Both the position numbers and the translations under genes were made by a program. A stretch of 64,000 nucleotides of DNA, from contig CBDUPA010000009.1 of assembly GCA_965368975.1 (NCBI GenBank), positions 1-64,000 on the forward strand, given 5' to 3'. Below the pieces are notes generated by a model. That model was not told the DNA's origin, did not search any database, and was given only the letters and a program-made list of their open reading frames with translations. Shown here piece after piece: positions 7,785 through 17,056 of this stretch; the first letter of the stretch is position 1; every line of letters starts with the position of its first letter. Source of the DNA: an uncultured bacterium. Its GTDB lineage: Bacteria > Acidobacteriota > Thermoanaerobaculia > Multivoradales > JAHZIX01.

Positions 7785-8936
7785 ATGGCCTTTACTCTGC
7801 ATTCGTACTTCGCTGGACTGAACCTGTTCACGCCCAACGCACGCCACACCGAGATGACCTGCATGATGCTCGACGTCAGCCGGCCGTACTGGTCGTCAAC
7901 CGGGCAGAGGATCCCTCGTCACACCGCGGCGATGGTCTACGATCGAAGACAGCTGCACCACGCGGCAAAGACAGCACCACAAGCCGCTGATACCGACTTG
8001 TCTCTCAAAGAGCTTCTCGCTCACGAAGCTCCCGCCGGCCTGCCGACCGAGAACGTGGCCGCGACCCGGCAGATCGGCCTCGCCCCACCCATGGCTCCGC
8101 AGCACCAGGTTCCCGAGGAGCTGCGGCACCTGGCCTTCTGGCGCCTGGATGAAGAAGATGTCGCCATTCGCCCCGGCAACGAGCCGGCACCGCGCCATCG
8201 CCTCCAAGTGGTCTATGACCGGCGCATTTACAATCCGGACGGCACCCCCAAGAACATGCTCCCTGACTTCAGCGCGGGCGAGGAACGGGACTTCTCCTGG
8301 GTCATCGATATCCGAGATCTCAGTCGCGAGATCGGCGTGCAGCGCGCCACCGCCGATCCTGACATAGTGTCCGAGTCACCGCAGCTGAACCTTGTCGCCA
8401 GCCGTGTAGCGCTGACCGTCGGCGAGCTCTCGACGAAACGACTGGTCGGCAACAAGGATGGTATCTACGCCTATGAGTTCCGCTCCCTGGGTGAACCGGA
8501 CACCCGCGTTGGCCAGCGCCAGGCAGTCGCAGAGATCGCCGAATGCCAAACGGTGATCGACGCTGACTCGGTCACCCTCACGGCGACCCCCTTCGGTGGC
8601 GGCGCTCAGCGCTCGATCGAGCTGGCACCGAGCAACGCGGCCGACCCGCACGTCCACATCGGCTTCATGAACTACCCCTTGCACGAGGGCTGCTGCGAGG
8701 ACGGCGTGGGCATCAACGACCTGGAACTCTACTACGAGTTGCTGCGCACCCGACCACCGATCCGGCGCCGGCCGGTGGCGCACCGGATGGCGCAGAAGGT
8801 CACGCAGGGGCCTGAGCAACCGACCCCGCCCATCCTCGACTGGATGTACGAGCGCAAGTGGGTCACGGGTGACCTGCAACACAGGAGCCAGCTAGACATC
8901 TGCCCCCTCGGCCAGGGCCCCGGCGGCGGCGACTGA
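7785..8936 (+). CDS. Hypothetical protein (383 aa) coupled to the CHAT gene
   Basis: ATG 7785 with GGAAGGAA RBS, 11 nt after the CHAT stop; host-like codon usage; no recognisable domain; ends ...LDICPLGQGPGGGD. Confidence 0.8.
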   Translation: MAFTLHSYFAGLNLFTPNARHTEMTCMMLDVSRPYWSSTGQRIPRHTAAMVYDRRQLHHAAKTAPQAADTDLSLKELLAHEAPAGLPTENVAATRQIGLAPPMAPQHQVPEELRHLAFWRLDEEDVAIRPGNEPAPRHRLQVVYDRRIYNPDGTPKNMLPDFSAGEERDFSWVIDIRDLSREIGVQRATADPDIVSESPQLNLVASRVALTVGELSTKRLVGNKDGIYAYEFRSLGEPDTRVGQRQAVAEIAECQTVIDADSVTLTATPFGGGAQRSIELAPSNAADPHVHIGFMNYPLHEGCCEDGVGINDLELYYELLRTRPPIRRRPVAHRMAQKVTQGPEQPTPPILDWMYERKWVTGDLQHRSQLDICPLGQGPGGGD

Positions 8937-8956
8937 GGGCTCGACCCGCTGCGAGC

Positions 8957-10105
8957 TCAGGTCCCGACACCGCCATCGGCGCGGACACCGGTGGCAGCCA
9001 ACTCATCGGCACGCTGCTTGGAGGTCGCAGCCTCGGTCGCGGCGGCTTCGGCGTCCCACTGGCCCAACGGCGCGACCCAGCCCTGGAGGTTGCGCAGGAG
9101 GACGTCAGTGAGCATGTCGAGGTGGTCGGGCCGAGCGTTGAGCGCCGGCAAGTAGCGGAAACGCTCACCGTTGCCCCCGGCTTCTTCGAAGAACTCACGA
9201 TTCTGAACGTCGATCTCTTCGATCGTTTCGAGACAGTCGGCCGAGAAGCCGGGACACACGACGTCGACACTGCCAACGCCAGCCTTACCGAGCGCGCGGA
9301 TGGTCTCGTCCGTGTAGGGCTTGATCCACTCCTCACGACCGAAGCGAGACTGGAAGCTGACCACGTAGCGCTCACGCTCCAGGCCCAGATGCTCGGCGAC
9401 CAAACGCGCGGTCTTGTGACACTCGCAGTGGTACGGATCGCCATTGCGGAAGTAGCGCTCCGGGATGCCGTGGAAGGAAAAGACTAGCTTCTCCGGTGCC
9501 TGACTCTGCTCCCAGACTTCGCGGATACTGGACGCCAGCGCGCGAACATAGCCGGGCTCGTCATGGTAGTGGTGGATGGTGCGCAGCTCCGGAATCCATC
9601 GCCAGCGCATCAGCTCTGTAGCAACGGCGTCAAAGGTGGAGGCGGTAGTCGCGGCGGCGTACTGCGGGTACAGCGGCAGCAGTAAGATGCGCCGACACCC
9701 CTTGTCCCGCAGCTCGCGCAGACCGCTGGCGATCGACGGATTGCCGTAGCGCATCGCGTAGGCAACGTGGAATGGGCTGCCGACCGCCTTGCGCAGACGC
9801 TCCTCCATGCCTTCCGCCTGTTGCCGCGTGATCACCAAGAGCGGCGATCCCTCATCCGTCCAAACCGTCTCGTAGGCCTCAGCGGACGCCTTTGGGCGCG
9901 TGGTGAGGACGAAGCAGTTGAGGATGATCTGCCACAGCCAGCGTGGTAGCTCGATCACTCGGGGATCCGACAAGAACTCACGCAGATAGGGACGAAGGGC
10001 CTTCGAGGTCGGAGCGTCGGGTGTACCTAGGTTGGTGACCAGGATGCCGACCGCGGGGATCTCGCCGTGCTGGAAGTTGGCTTCGCCGATGTACTGAACG
10101 CTCAT
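8957..10105 (-). CDS. hemH: Ferrochelatase
   Basis: NLGTPDAP, FLSDPRVIE, LYPQY, SFHGIP, FQSRFG..W..PYT and FSADCLET.EEI motifs. Confidence 0.97.
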   Translation of the reverse strand: MSVQYIGEANFQHGEIPAVGILVTNLGTPDAPTSKALRPYLREFLSDPRVIELPRWLWQIILNCFVLTTRPKASAEAYETVWTDEGSPLLVITRQQAEGMEERLRKAVGSPFHVAYAMRYGNPSIASGLRELRDKGCRRILLLPLYPQYAAATTASTFDAVATELMRWRWIPELRTIHHYHDEPGYVRALASSIREVWEQSQAPEKLVFSFHGIPERYFRNGDPYHCECHKTARLVAEHLGLERERYVVSFQSRFGREEWIKPYTDETIRALGKAGVGSVDVVCPGFSADCLETIEEIDVQNREFFEEAGGNGERFRYLPALNARPDHLDMLTDVLLRNLQGWVAPLGQWDAEAAATEAATSKQRADELAATGVRADGGVGT

Positions 10106-10230
10106 TCGTTGGGGCTCCCGGGCAAGAGATGAGTGTAGACGGTCGGCGTGGCATTCGCTGGCCTGCGCGACTCGGTTTCAGCCGCCGTGTCCTTCGAGCA
10201 CAGACGCTGCGTAGACGCACTGCTTGGATG

Positions 10231-10845
10231 TCAGCCGCGGCTGCGAGAGAGGCGCTGCAGACTGAGCCGCAGCACTTCGTGAAAGGCGGCTTCCGGCGTC
10301 TCGCGGCGCGCTTCCTGGACGGCACGTTCGGCCACCTGCGGTTTGTAGCCCAGATTGACCAGTGCCGAGACCAGGTCGGCGTCGCGCGGCGAGGACGGCA
10401 CCTGGGTGACCGGCGTACCCGCCAGCTGGGCTGCCAAGTCGGCAACCTTGTCGCGCAATTCGAGCACCAGTCTCTGGGCCGTCTTCTTGCCGACGCCCGG
10501 CGTGCGCGACAGTTGCACGATATCGGCGCCGGCAATAGCGGCGACACGTTCCTCGATCGGACCACCGGACAGGATGGCGCGAGCCAATCGCGGCCCGATG
10601 CCGCTAACCTGGATCAGCCGCTCGAAGAGGGTGCGCTCGGCCTCCTGCCAAAAGCCAAAGAGGGTGATGCCGTCGTCACGCAGGTGCGTGTGGATGTGCA
10701 GGGCGATCGGTTCAGCCGGATCGGCACCCTGGATCTCAGAATAGGTGGTGAGCGAGACGTGGACGTCGTAGCCAACTCCGTTGACGTCCAGCAGGACGCG
10801 CTCGGGCGAGTGGCTGAGCAACATGCCACGCAGATAGCCGATCAT
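10231..10845 (-). CDS. ruvA: Holliday junction branch migration protein RuvA
   Basis: MIGYLRG...VNGVGYDV, LFGF, VSGIGPRLA, PGVGKKTAQRLVLEL, ALVNLGY. Confidence 0.97.
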   Translation of the reverse strand: MIGYLRGMLLSHSPERVLLDVNGVGYDVHVSLTTYSEIQGADPAEPIALHIHTHLRDDGITLFGFWQEAERTLFERLIQVSGIGPRLARAILSGGPIEERVAAIAGADIVQLSRTPGVGKKTAQRLVLELRDKVADLAAQLAGTPVTQVPSSPRDADLVSALVNLGYKPQVAERAVQEARRETPEAAFHEVLRLSLQRLSRSRG

Positions 10846-10869
10846 CAGGGGCCTTCAGGAGACTCCGGC

Positions 10870-12846
10870 TCAGCCCTCGCTGCCGTCGTCGAGCACTCCG
10901 GCGTCCTGCACCACCTGCGGATGGTACTGAACGTTCAGCTGCCGGCGACGGTGCTCGACGAAGGCGTTGAGCGCGCGCTGATACTTCTGGGTCTCCAGCG
11001 TGCTGCGGATCTGGTCGCGCTCCTGCACCAGTTGCTCGTCCGTGCCACGCTGGCGCTCGGCCACCTCGAAGAGAGTGCCCCCCAGCGGATACTCGAACGG
11101 ACCACCGATGTCGCCCTGGTCGAGAGTCATCGCCTGAGCCACCACCTGATCCCCGGCCGGACCCAATTCGACAATGGTGCCGTTGCGGTTCAGCTCGTCA
11201 CTCTCCTTGACCTCGACGCCAAGCTCACCGGCCAAGGCGTCGAGAGTCAGGCTGCCATCAGCCAACTGGGTGCGTGCCTGCTCGAGACGTGCCAGCGCCA
11301 GCTGACGCTGTTGCTGCTGACGCACTTCCTGCGTCACCTGCGCCCGCACCTCGTCCAGTGACGGAATTCTCGAGGGCAGGATCTCGTCCAGGCGGACGAT
11401 CACCCAGCCGCGCGGCACCTTGACCGGCTCGGACAAGTCACCGGCCGACTCCAGCTCGAAGGCGGCCTGAGAGAAGGGACCGGAGCGGCCGAAACCGGGC
11501 ACCGGCGTCGTGCTGTCGAAGGGCTGAGTCGTGGCGAAGGTCACCGCCGGGTCCGCCTCGGCGAGGCTGCTCAGACCTTGCCCATCGGCACTATCATCCG
11601 AACTGGCACTCGGCAGTTCGTTGACCTTGGCCAGCAGTTCTCCCGCCCGCTGCTCGGCCAGATCCTCGGCCTGCTCGATGCGCAAGCGGCTGAGAATGGC
11701 ACCGCGCAGCGCGTCGTCGAGCGCCTGCAAGCCGGGCGGCAGCTTCTCCATGACTTGCAGCAGGTGGACACCGAAGGGCGTCTCGATCGGCCCGGCCAGC
11801 TGGCCCGGCTCGGTGGAGAAGGCGGCGTCCTCGAACTCGGGCACCATGCGGCCACGGCCGAAGAAACCGAGATCACCTCCCTGGGCCTTGGTTCCGGTGT
11901 CTTCGGAAAGCTCGGTGGCCAACGCGGCGAAATCCTCTCCCTGCTCGACGCGCTGGCGTGCCTGCTCGAGGAGAGCTCGCGCGTCTTCGACGCTGCGCTG
12001 ATCGGTGCGTAGCAGAATGTGGCGCGCCCGCACCTGCTCTTCGCTGCGTGTGAATTCGGTCGGATTCTGGTCGTAGTACGACTGGACATCCTCATCGCTT
12101 GGCGAAACGCTGCCACGCAGCTGCGCGGTGTCGACCATCAAGTACGAGGCAACGCGTTGCTCGGGCAGGCGGTAGTCTTCGGCATTGGCTTCGAAGTGAG
12201 CGGCGACCTGATCCTCGGCTGGGTTTGCCTGATCAGCAAACTGCAAGCTCGGCAGCATCACGTAGCGGACCTTGGCGCGCTCGACCCGATCCCGAAAGCT
12301 GTCTTCGATCTCCTGTTCGGAGATGAAAACGGTGCTCTGCAGGGACGTCTGAAGCTTTTCCGTCAGCAGACGGTCACGCATCCACTCTTCGAAGGCAGCA
12401 GGACCCGCATAGCCGAAACGGCGCAGCATGCGTGCGTACTCGTCCGACCCAAGGAATCGCCCATCTTCGTCCCGGAAGGCATCGAAGTCGAGGATGGCGT
12501 CGCGCACTTCGCCGTCCGTGACCTTGAGACCGAGCCGGCGCGCTTCGTCTTGCACGATGGCGCGATTGAACGCCGTCTCGAGCGCCCGCAGGCGCAAGCC
12601 TTCGGCGACCTCGGGCGTGAAGCCCTCGCCCAGGATCTGCCGGTACTGAGTCTCCTGGTCACGATACTCTCGCTCGTAATCCGCGAAGGAAACCTCGATT
12701 CCGCCACCCCAGGCCGCGACGTTGCCGCCACCGGCACCCATAACGTACGGGAGTACTTCTAGAAAAACGATACCGACGAAGGCCGCGATGACGACCCAGA
12801 GAACCCAGCTCAGTGAGCGCAGATTTTCGCGAAACATCTTCAGCAT
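10870..12846 (-). CDS. ppiD: Membrane-anchored SurA-N/parvulin PPIase chaperone (PpiD-like)
   Basis: N-terminal TM helix, SurA-N-like region, parvulin motifs VRARHILL, SEDTGTKAQGGDLG, VPEFEDAAF, ETPFGVHL. Start set at ATG 12846. Confidence 0.85.
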   Translation of the reverse strand: MLKMFRENLRSLSWVLWVVIAAFVGIVFLEVLPYVMGAGGGNVAAWGGGIEVSFADYEREYRDQETQYRQILGEGFTPEVAEGLRLRALETAFNRAIVQDEARRLGLKVTDGEVRDAILDFDAFRDEDGRFLGSDEYARMLRRFGYAGPAAFEEWMRDRLLTEKLQTSLQSTVFISEQEIEDSFRDRVERAKVRYVMLPSLQFADQANPAEDQVAAHFEANAEDYRLPEQRVASYLMVDTAQLRGSVSPSDEDVQSYYDQNPTEFTRSEEQVRARHILLRTDQRSVEDARALLEQARQRVEQGEDFAALATELSEDTGTKAQGGDLGFFGRGRMVPEFEDAAFSTEPGQLAGPIETPFGVHLLQVMEKLPPGLQALDDALRGAILSRLRIEQAEDLAEQRAGELLAKVNELPSASSDDSADGQGLSSLAEADPAVTFATTQPFDSTTPVPGFGRSGPFSQAAFELESAGDLSEPVKVPRGWVIVRLDEILPSRIPSLDEVRAQVTQEVRQQQQRQLALARLEQARTQLADGSLTLDALAGELGVEVKESDELNRNGTIVELGPAGDQVVAQAMTLDQGDIGGPFEYPLGGTLFEVAERQRGTDEQLVQERDQIRSTLETQKYQRALNAFVEHRRRQLNVQYHPQVVQDAGVLDDGSEG

Positions 12847-13018
12847 GGTGAAATTGTCCTTTCGCTGCCTTGATATGCTGCCCAGGAGGATCCGCGCGGG
12901 CGGCTGAGGAACGGGGAGTGTACCAACAGCTCCGCAACCGGGCAAGCTATGCTATCGTTTCAGCCTTAGTACGCGACCCTTCGGACCGCTTCGAGCAGTA
13001 GCCAGTGAGCCGTCAGCC

Positions 13019-14440
13019 GTGAACAACCCAGCGCCCAGACGCGACGAGTGGATCAGTATCTCGATCGAGGCCCTGCGGGGCTGGATCGTCTTCTGCGTCA
13101 TCACCGCAGTTTCCGTGATCGGCTTCTTCGGCTGGCGCATGTGGGAACAGTACAGCGTCGAGCGCGAGGCCGAATCGGTAGTGGAAGAAGCGCGCGGCTT
13201 GCTGCAGCGGGTGGACCGACAGCAAGAGGGGGACATCAACCTCTACCGAGAACGCCGGGAAGATGCCCGCGACACTCTGGGACGCGCCCGCGAGAGTCTG
13301 GCTGCCAGCGAGTTCGATGGCGCCGTACAGCAAGGCCGAGTCGCCATCGACCTGCTGTCGTCGATCCTCAACGAACTGCAGGACCAGGGCTTGATGGGCG
13401 ACGCCCACTTCTTCAACGTCACCGGCACCGTCGAGTTTCGGCGCGGCGAGTCGGGCGACTGGGAGGAAGCCCGAACGCGAGTCAGCTTGCGCGACGGCTA
13501 CTACGTGCGCACCTCCGGTGGCGGCTCGGCCGAAGTGATGTTCTCGGACGGCACCCTCTATCGAGTGCGCCCGAACACGCTGGTGCAGATCAACCGTGGC
13601 CGTAGCGCCGGCGAGGGCAAGACGATTCAGATGCAGTACGGCTCACTGGACCTGTCGACCGCGCAGCGTGCCAGCCGCGTCCAGACACCGGGGGCCTCCG
13701 CCCAGGTACAGCAGTCGTCCAGCGCCACGGTGAGCTACGACGAAGGCTCCCGACGTGGCCGCTTCGCCGCGTACAGTGGCGGCCTGACCGTGCGTAGCGG
13801 CCAGAGCAGCCGCGAAGTAACCGCCATGCAAGAGGTCAATCAGAGCGGCGAGCAGCTGTCCGAGCCCAAGCGACTACCACGCTCGCCGGACCTGGCTTCG
13901 CCGCGCGACAATTACGAAGTCGAGCTGCAACCGGACGGCCGCCTAGTGCTGTCCTGGGAACCGGTCTACGGCGCACGACGCTACGTTTTGCAGGTATCGC
14001 GCCAGCGCCTGTTCGCGGATAACATCATCGAAGACAACGAGCGCACGACGCCGCGCGCGACCCTCGGCCTACGCAACGAGGGCAGTTTCCTCTGGCGCGT
14101 CGCGGCGGTCGATGCCAGCGGCAGCCGCGGCCCCTGGAGCGCTGTGCGCAAGTTCCGCGTCACCTCCGAGACGGGCCGGCGTGGCGAGGACACCGAGCCG
14201 CCGGAGCTCGTCATCTCCTCGACCCAACAGTACGGCAGCATCTACATCATCGAGGGACGCACCGAACCCGGCGCCGAGCTGACAGTCCGCGGCGAGGTCA
14301 CCCAGGTGAACGCGGACGGCTCCTTCCAGTCGACCCTGCAGCTCTTCGACGAAGGCTGGAACTTCGTCGAGATTCGTGCAAAAGACTCTTATGGCAACGA
14401 GACGGTGCGGCCCGTGCGGCTGTACGTCGACAGCATATGA
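13019..14440 (+). CDS. Membrane protein with coiled coil, FecR-like domain and FN3/Ig-like C-terminal domains
   Basis: TM helix, FecR-like V.TSGGGSAEVMFSDGT...VRPNT, FN3-like LSWEPV.GA..Y.LQVS...WRVAAVD, Ig-like EGRTEPGA...GWN.VEIRAKD.YGN. Confidence 0.7.
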   Translation: MNNPAPRRDEWISISIEALRGWIVFCVITAVSVIGFFGWRMWEQYSVEREAESVVEEARGLLQRVDRQQEGDINLYRERREDARDTLGRARESLAASEFDGAVQQGRVAIDLLSSILNELQDQGLMGDAHFFNVTGTVEFRRGESGDWEEARTRVSLRDGYYVRTSGGGSAEVMFSDGTLYRVRPNTLVQINRGRSAGEGKTIQMQYGSLDLSTAQRASRVQTPGASAQVQQSSSATVSYDEGSRRGRFAAYSGGLTVRSGQSSREVTAMQEVNQSGEQLSEPKRLPRSPDLASPRDNYEVELQPDGRLVLSWEPVYGARRYVLQVSRQRLFADNIIEDNERTTPRATLGLRNEGSFLWRVAAVDASGSRGPWSAVRKFRVTSETGRRGEDTEPPELVISSTQQYGSIYIIEGRTEPGAELTVRGEVTQVNADGSFQSTLQLFDEGWNFVEIRAKDSYGNETVRPVRLYVDSI

Positions 14441-14456
14441 CCGCCGCCCACCCTAG

Positions 14457-15623
<1,167 letters not shown>

Positions 15624-15635
15624 GCCTGCGCGAGC

Positions 15636-16472
15636 GTGAGCGAACGACGCATCGTCTGGCTGCTGTTGTTCGTTGTTCTAGGTCAGCTGATTCTGCTCGC
15701 AGGACAGGTACCGGCAGAAGACGGAGAACAGAGCCAGCTGGCAGCCGGGGCGTTATGGCTGGTCGGTCCCGTGGCTAGCCTAGTGGCGGGTAGCGTCGCT
15801 TTCCTGAACGAGTTCGCGGAGACGCTGCAGGACCGCGGGGCGCTGATTGCCGACAACCGGCGCCTGCACGAGGAGAACCGCGACCTGCGCCAGCAGCTGC
15901 AAAGCTACGGTGACATGGAGGTGCAGTTGCGTCGCATGGCGACCGCGGTCTCCTACTCGGCACCGCGCGGCACGCGGCCGGTTGCAGCCGACATCGTCTA
16001 CGCTGACTACGCCTCGTGGGTGCGCACACTGCTCATCTTCGCCCCAGCACCGGCGGTGCAATTGAACCAAGCCGTGGTGGCACCGGACGGCCTGGTGGGA
16101 CGCATCATCGTGCGCAGCGGTGAATACGCCAAGGTGCAGCTGATCACCGACCGCTCCGCTGGCGTCGGCGCGACGCTCGCTGGCGTACGGCGCCAGGGTC
16201 TGGTGCGCGGCACGGACAGCGGGGAGCTGGAGATGGTCTACGTCCCGCAGCAAGCCCAGGTGCAGGTGGGCGAGCGCGTCGTGACCTCCGGCATCGACGG
16301 CGTGTTTCCGCGCGGCCTCGAGATCGGGACGGTGATCGATGTCCAGACCACCGCTGGCGGTCTCTTCCACGAGATCCGTGTGCAGCCAGCCGTCGACCTA
16401 CAGTCCCTCGACCAGGTATACGTGCTGACTCAGGCGCAGATTCCTGAAGACCTCCTGGAGCCGCCCCAGTGA
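15636..16472 (+). CDS. mreC: Rod shape-determining protein MreC
   Basis: TM helix plus coiled coil, GLVGRI, VVTSGIDGVFPRGL.IG; directly after mreB. Confidence 0.93.
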   Translation: MSERRIVWLLLFVVLGQLILLAGQVPAEDGEQSQLAAGALWLVGPVASLVAGSVAFLNEFAETLQDRGALIADNRRLHEENRDLRQQLQSYGDMEVQLRRMATAVSYSAPRGTRPVAADIVYADYASWVRTLLIFAPAPAVQLNQAVVAPDGLVGRIIVRSGEYAKVQLITDRSAGVGATLAGVRRQGLVRGTDSGELEMVYVPQQAQVQVGERVVTSGIDGVFPRGLEIGTVIDVQTTAGGLFHEIRVQPAVDLQSLDQVYVLTQAQIPEDLLEPPQ

Positions 16473-16485
16473 GCGAGACGCGACC

Positions 16486-16995
16486 ATGAGCGTACGCGGC
16501 TTCCTCGCGGCGACGGTGGGCGCGCTGCTGCTGCAATTGATCCTGGTCACCTGGGTGCCCGGTGCCGCCGGCCGCGTCGACTTCCTGCTGGTGGCGATGA
16601 TCGCCTACGCACTGACTGGCAACAGCCTCGGAGCCCTGCTCGCGGGCATGTTCTGCGGCCTCCTCAGCGATGCACTGAGCGGCGCGCCCTACGGCCTGTT
16701 CGGCATCGCTGATACGATCGTGGGCTACAGTGTGGCGCAGGTCGCTCAGCGACTCGACACGCAACGTCCTGGGGCTTTGCTACTCGTCTTTGGCGGTGCC
16801 GCCGCGCTGCAACAGAGCATGCTGATGCTGCTGGAATTGCTGGTGATGCCGCGACCGGCACTGCCGCACCCCATGACTCTCGCAGCCCTGGTCGTCAGCA
16901 CCGCTGTCCTCGGTCCCGTACTCAAGGCGCTGCGGGAATCGCTGGCGCGGCGCGCCCGCCTGCGACGTTTGCGGCGCCCGAAGCCTCACCTCTGA
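16486..16995 (+). CDS. mreD: Rod shape-determining protein MreD
   Basis: Hydrophobic 169-aa protein with G...GLL.D..SG...G motif, located between mreC and mrdA. Confidence 0.88.
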   Translation: MSVRGFLAATVGALLLQLILVTWVPGAAGRVDFLLVAMIAYALTGNSLGALLAGMFCGLLSDALSGAPYGLFGIADTIVGYSVAQVAQRLDTQRPGALLLVFGGAAALQQSMLMLLELLVMPRPALPHPMTLAALVVSTAVLGPVLKALRESLARRARLRRLRRPKPHL

Positions 16996-17056
16996 GGGCT
17001 CCCCTGGAGGTGAGCTCGGCAGGAACCATCAACGAACGTATCCGCATCGGAGGCAC

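Noticed and set aside
10129-11361. 410-aa plus-strand ORF
   Set aside because: Antisense shadow of ruvA/ppiD, typical of high-GC DNA, with no motifs.
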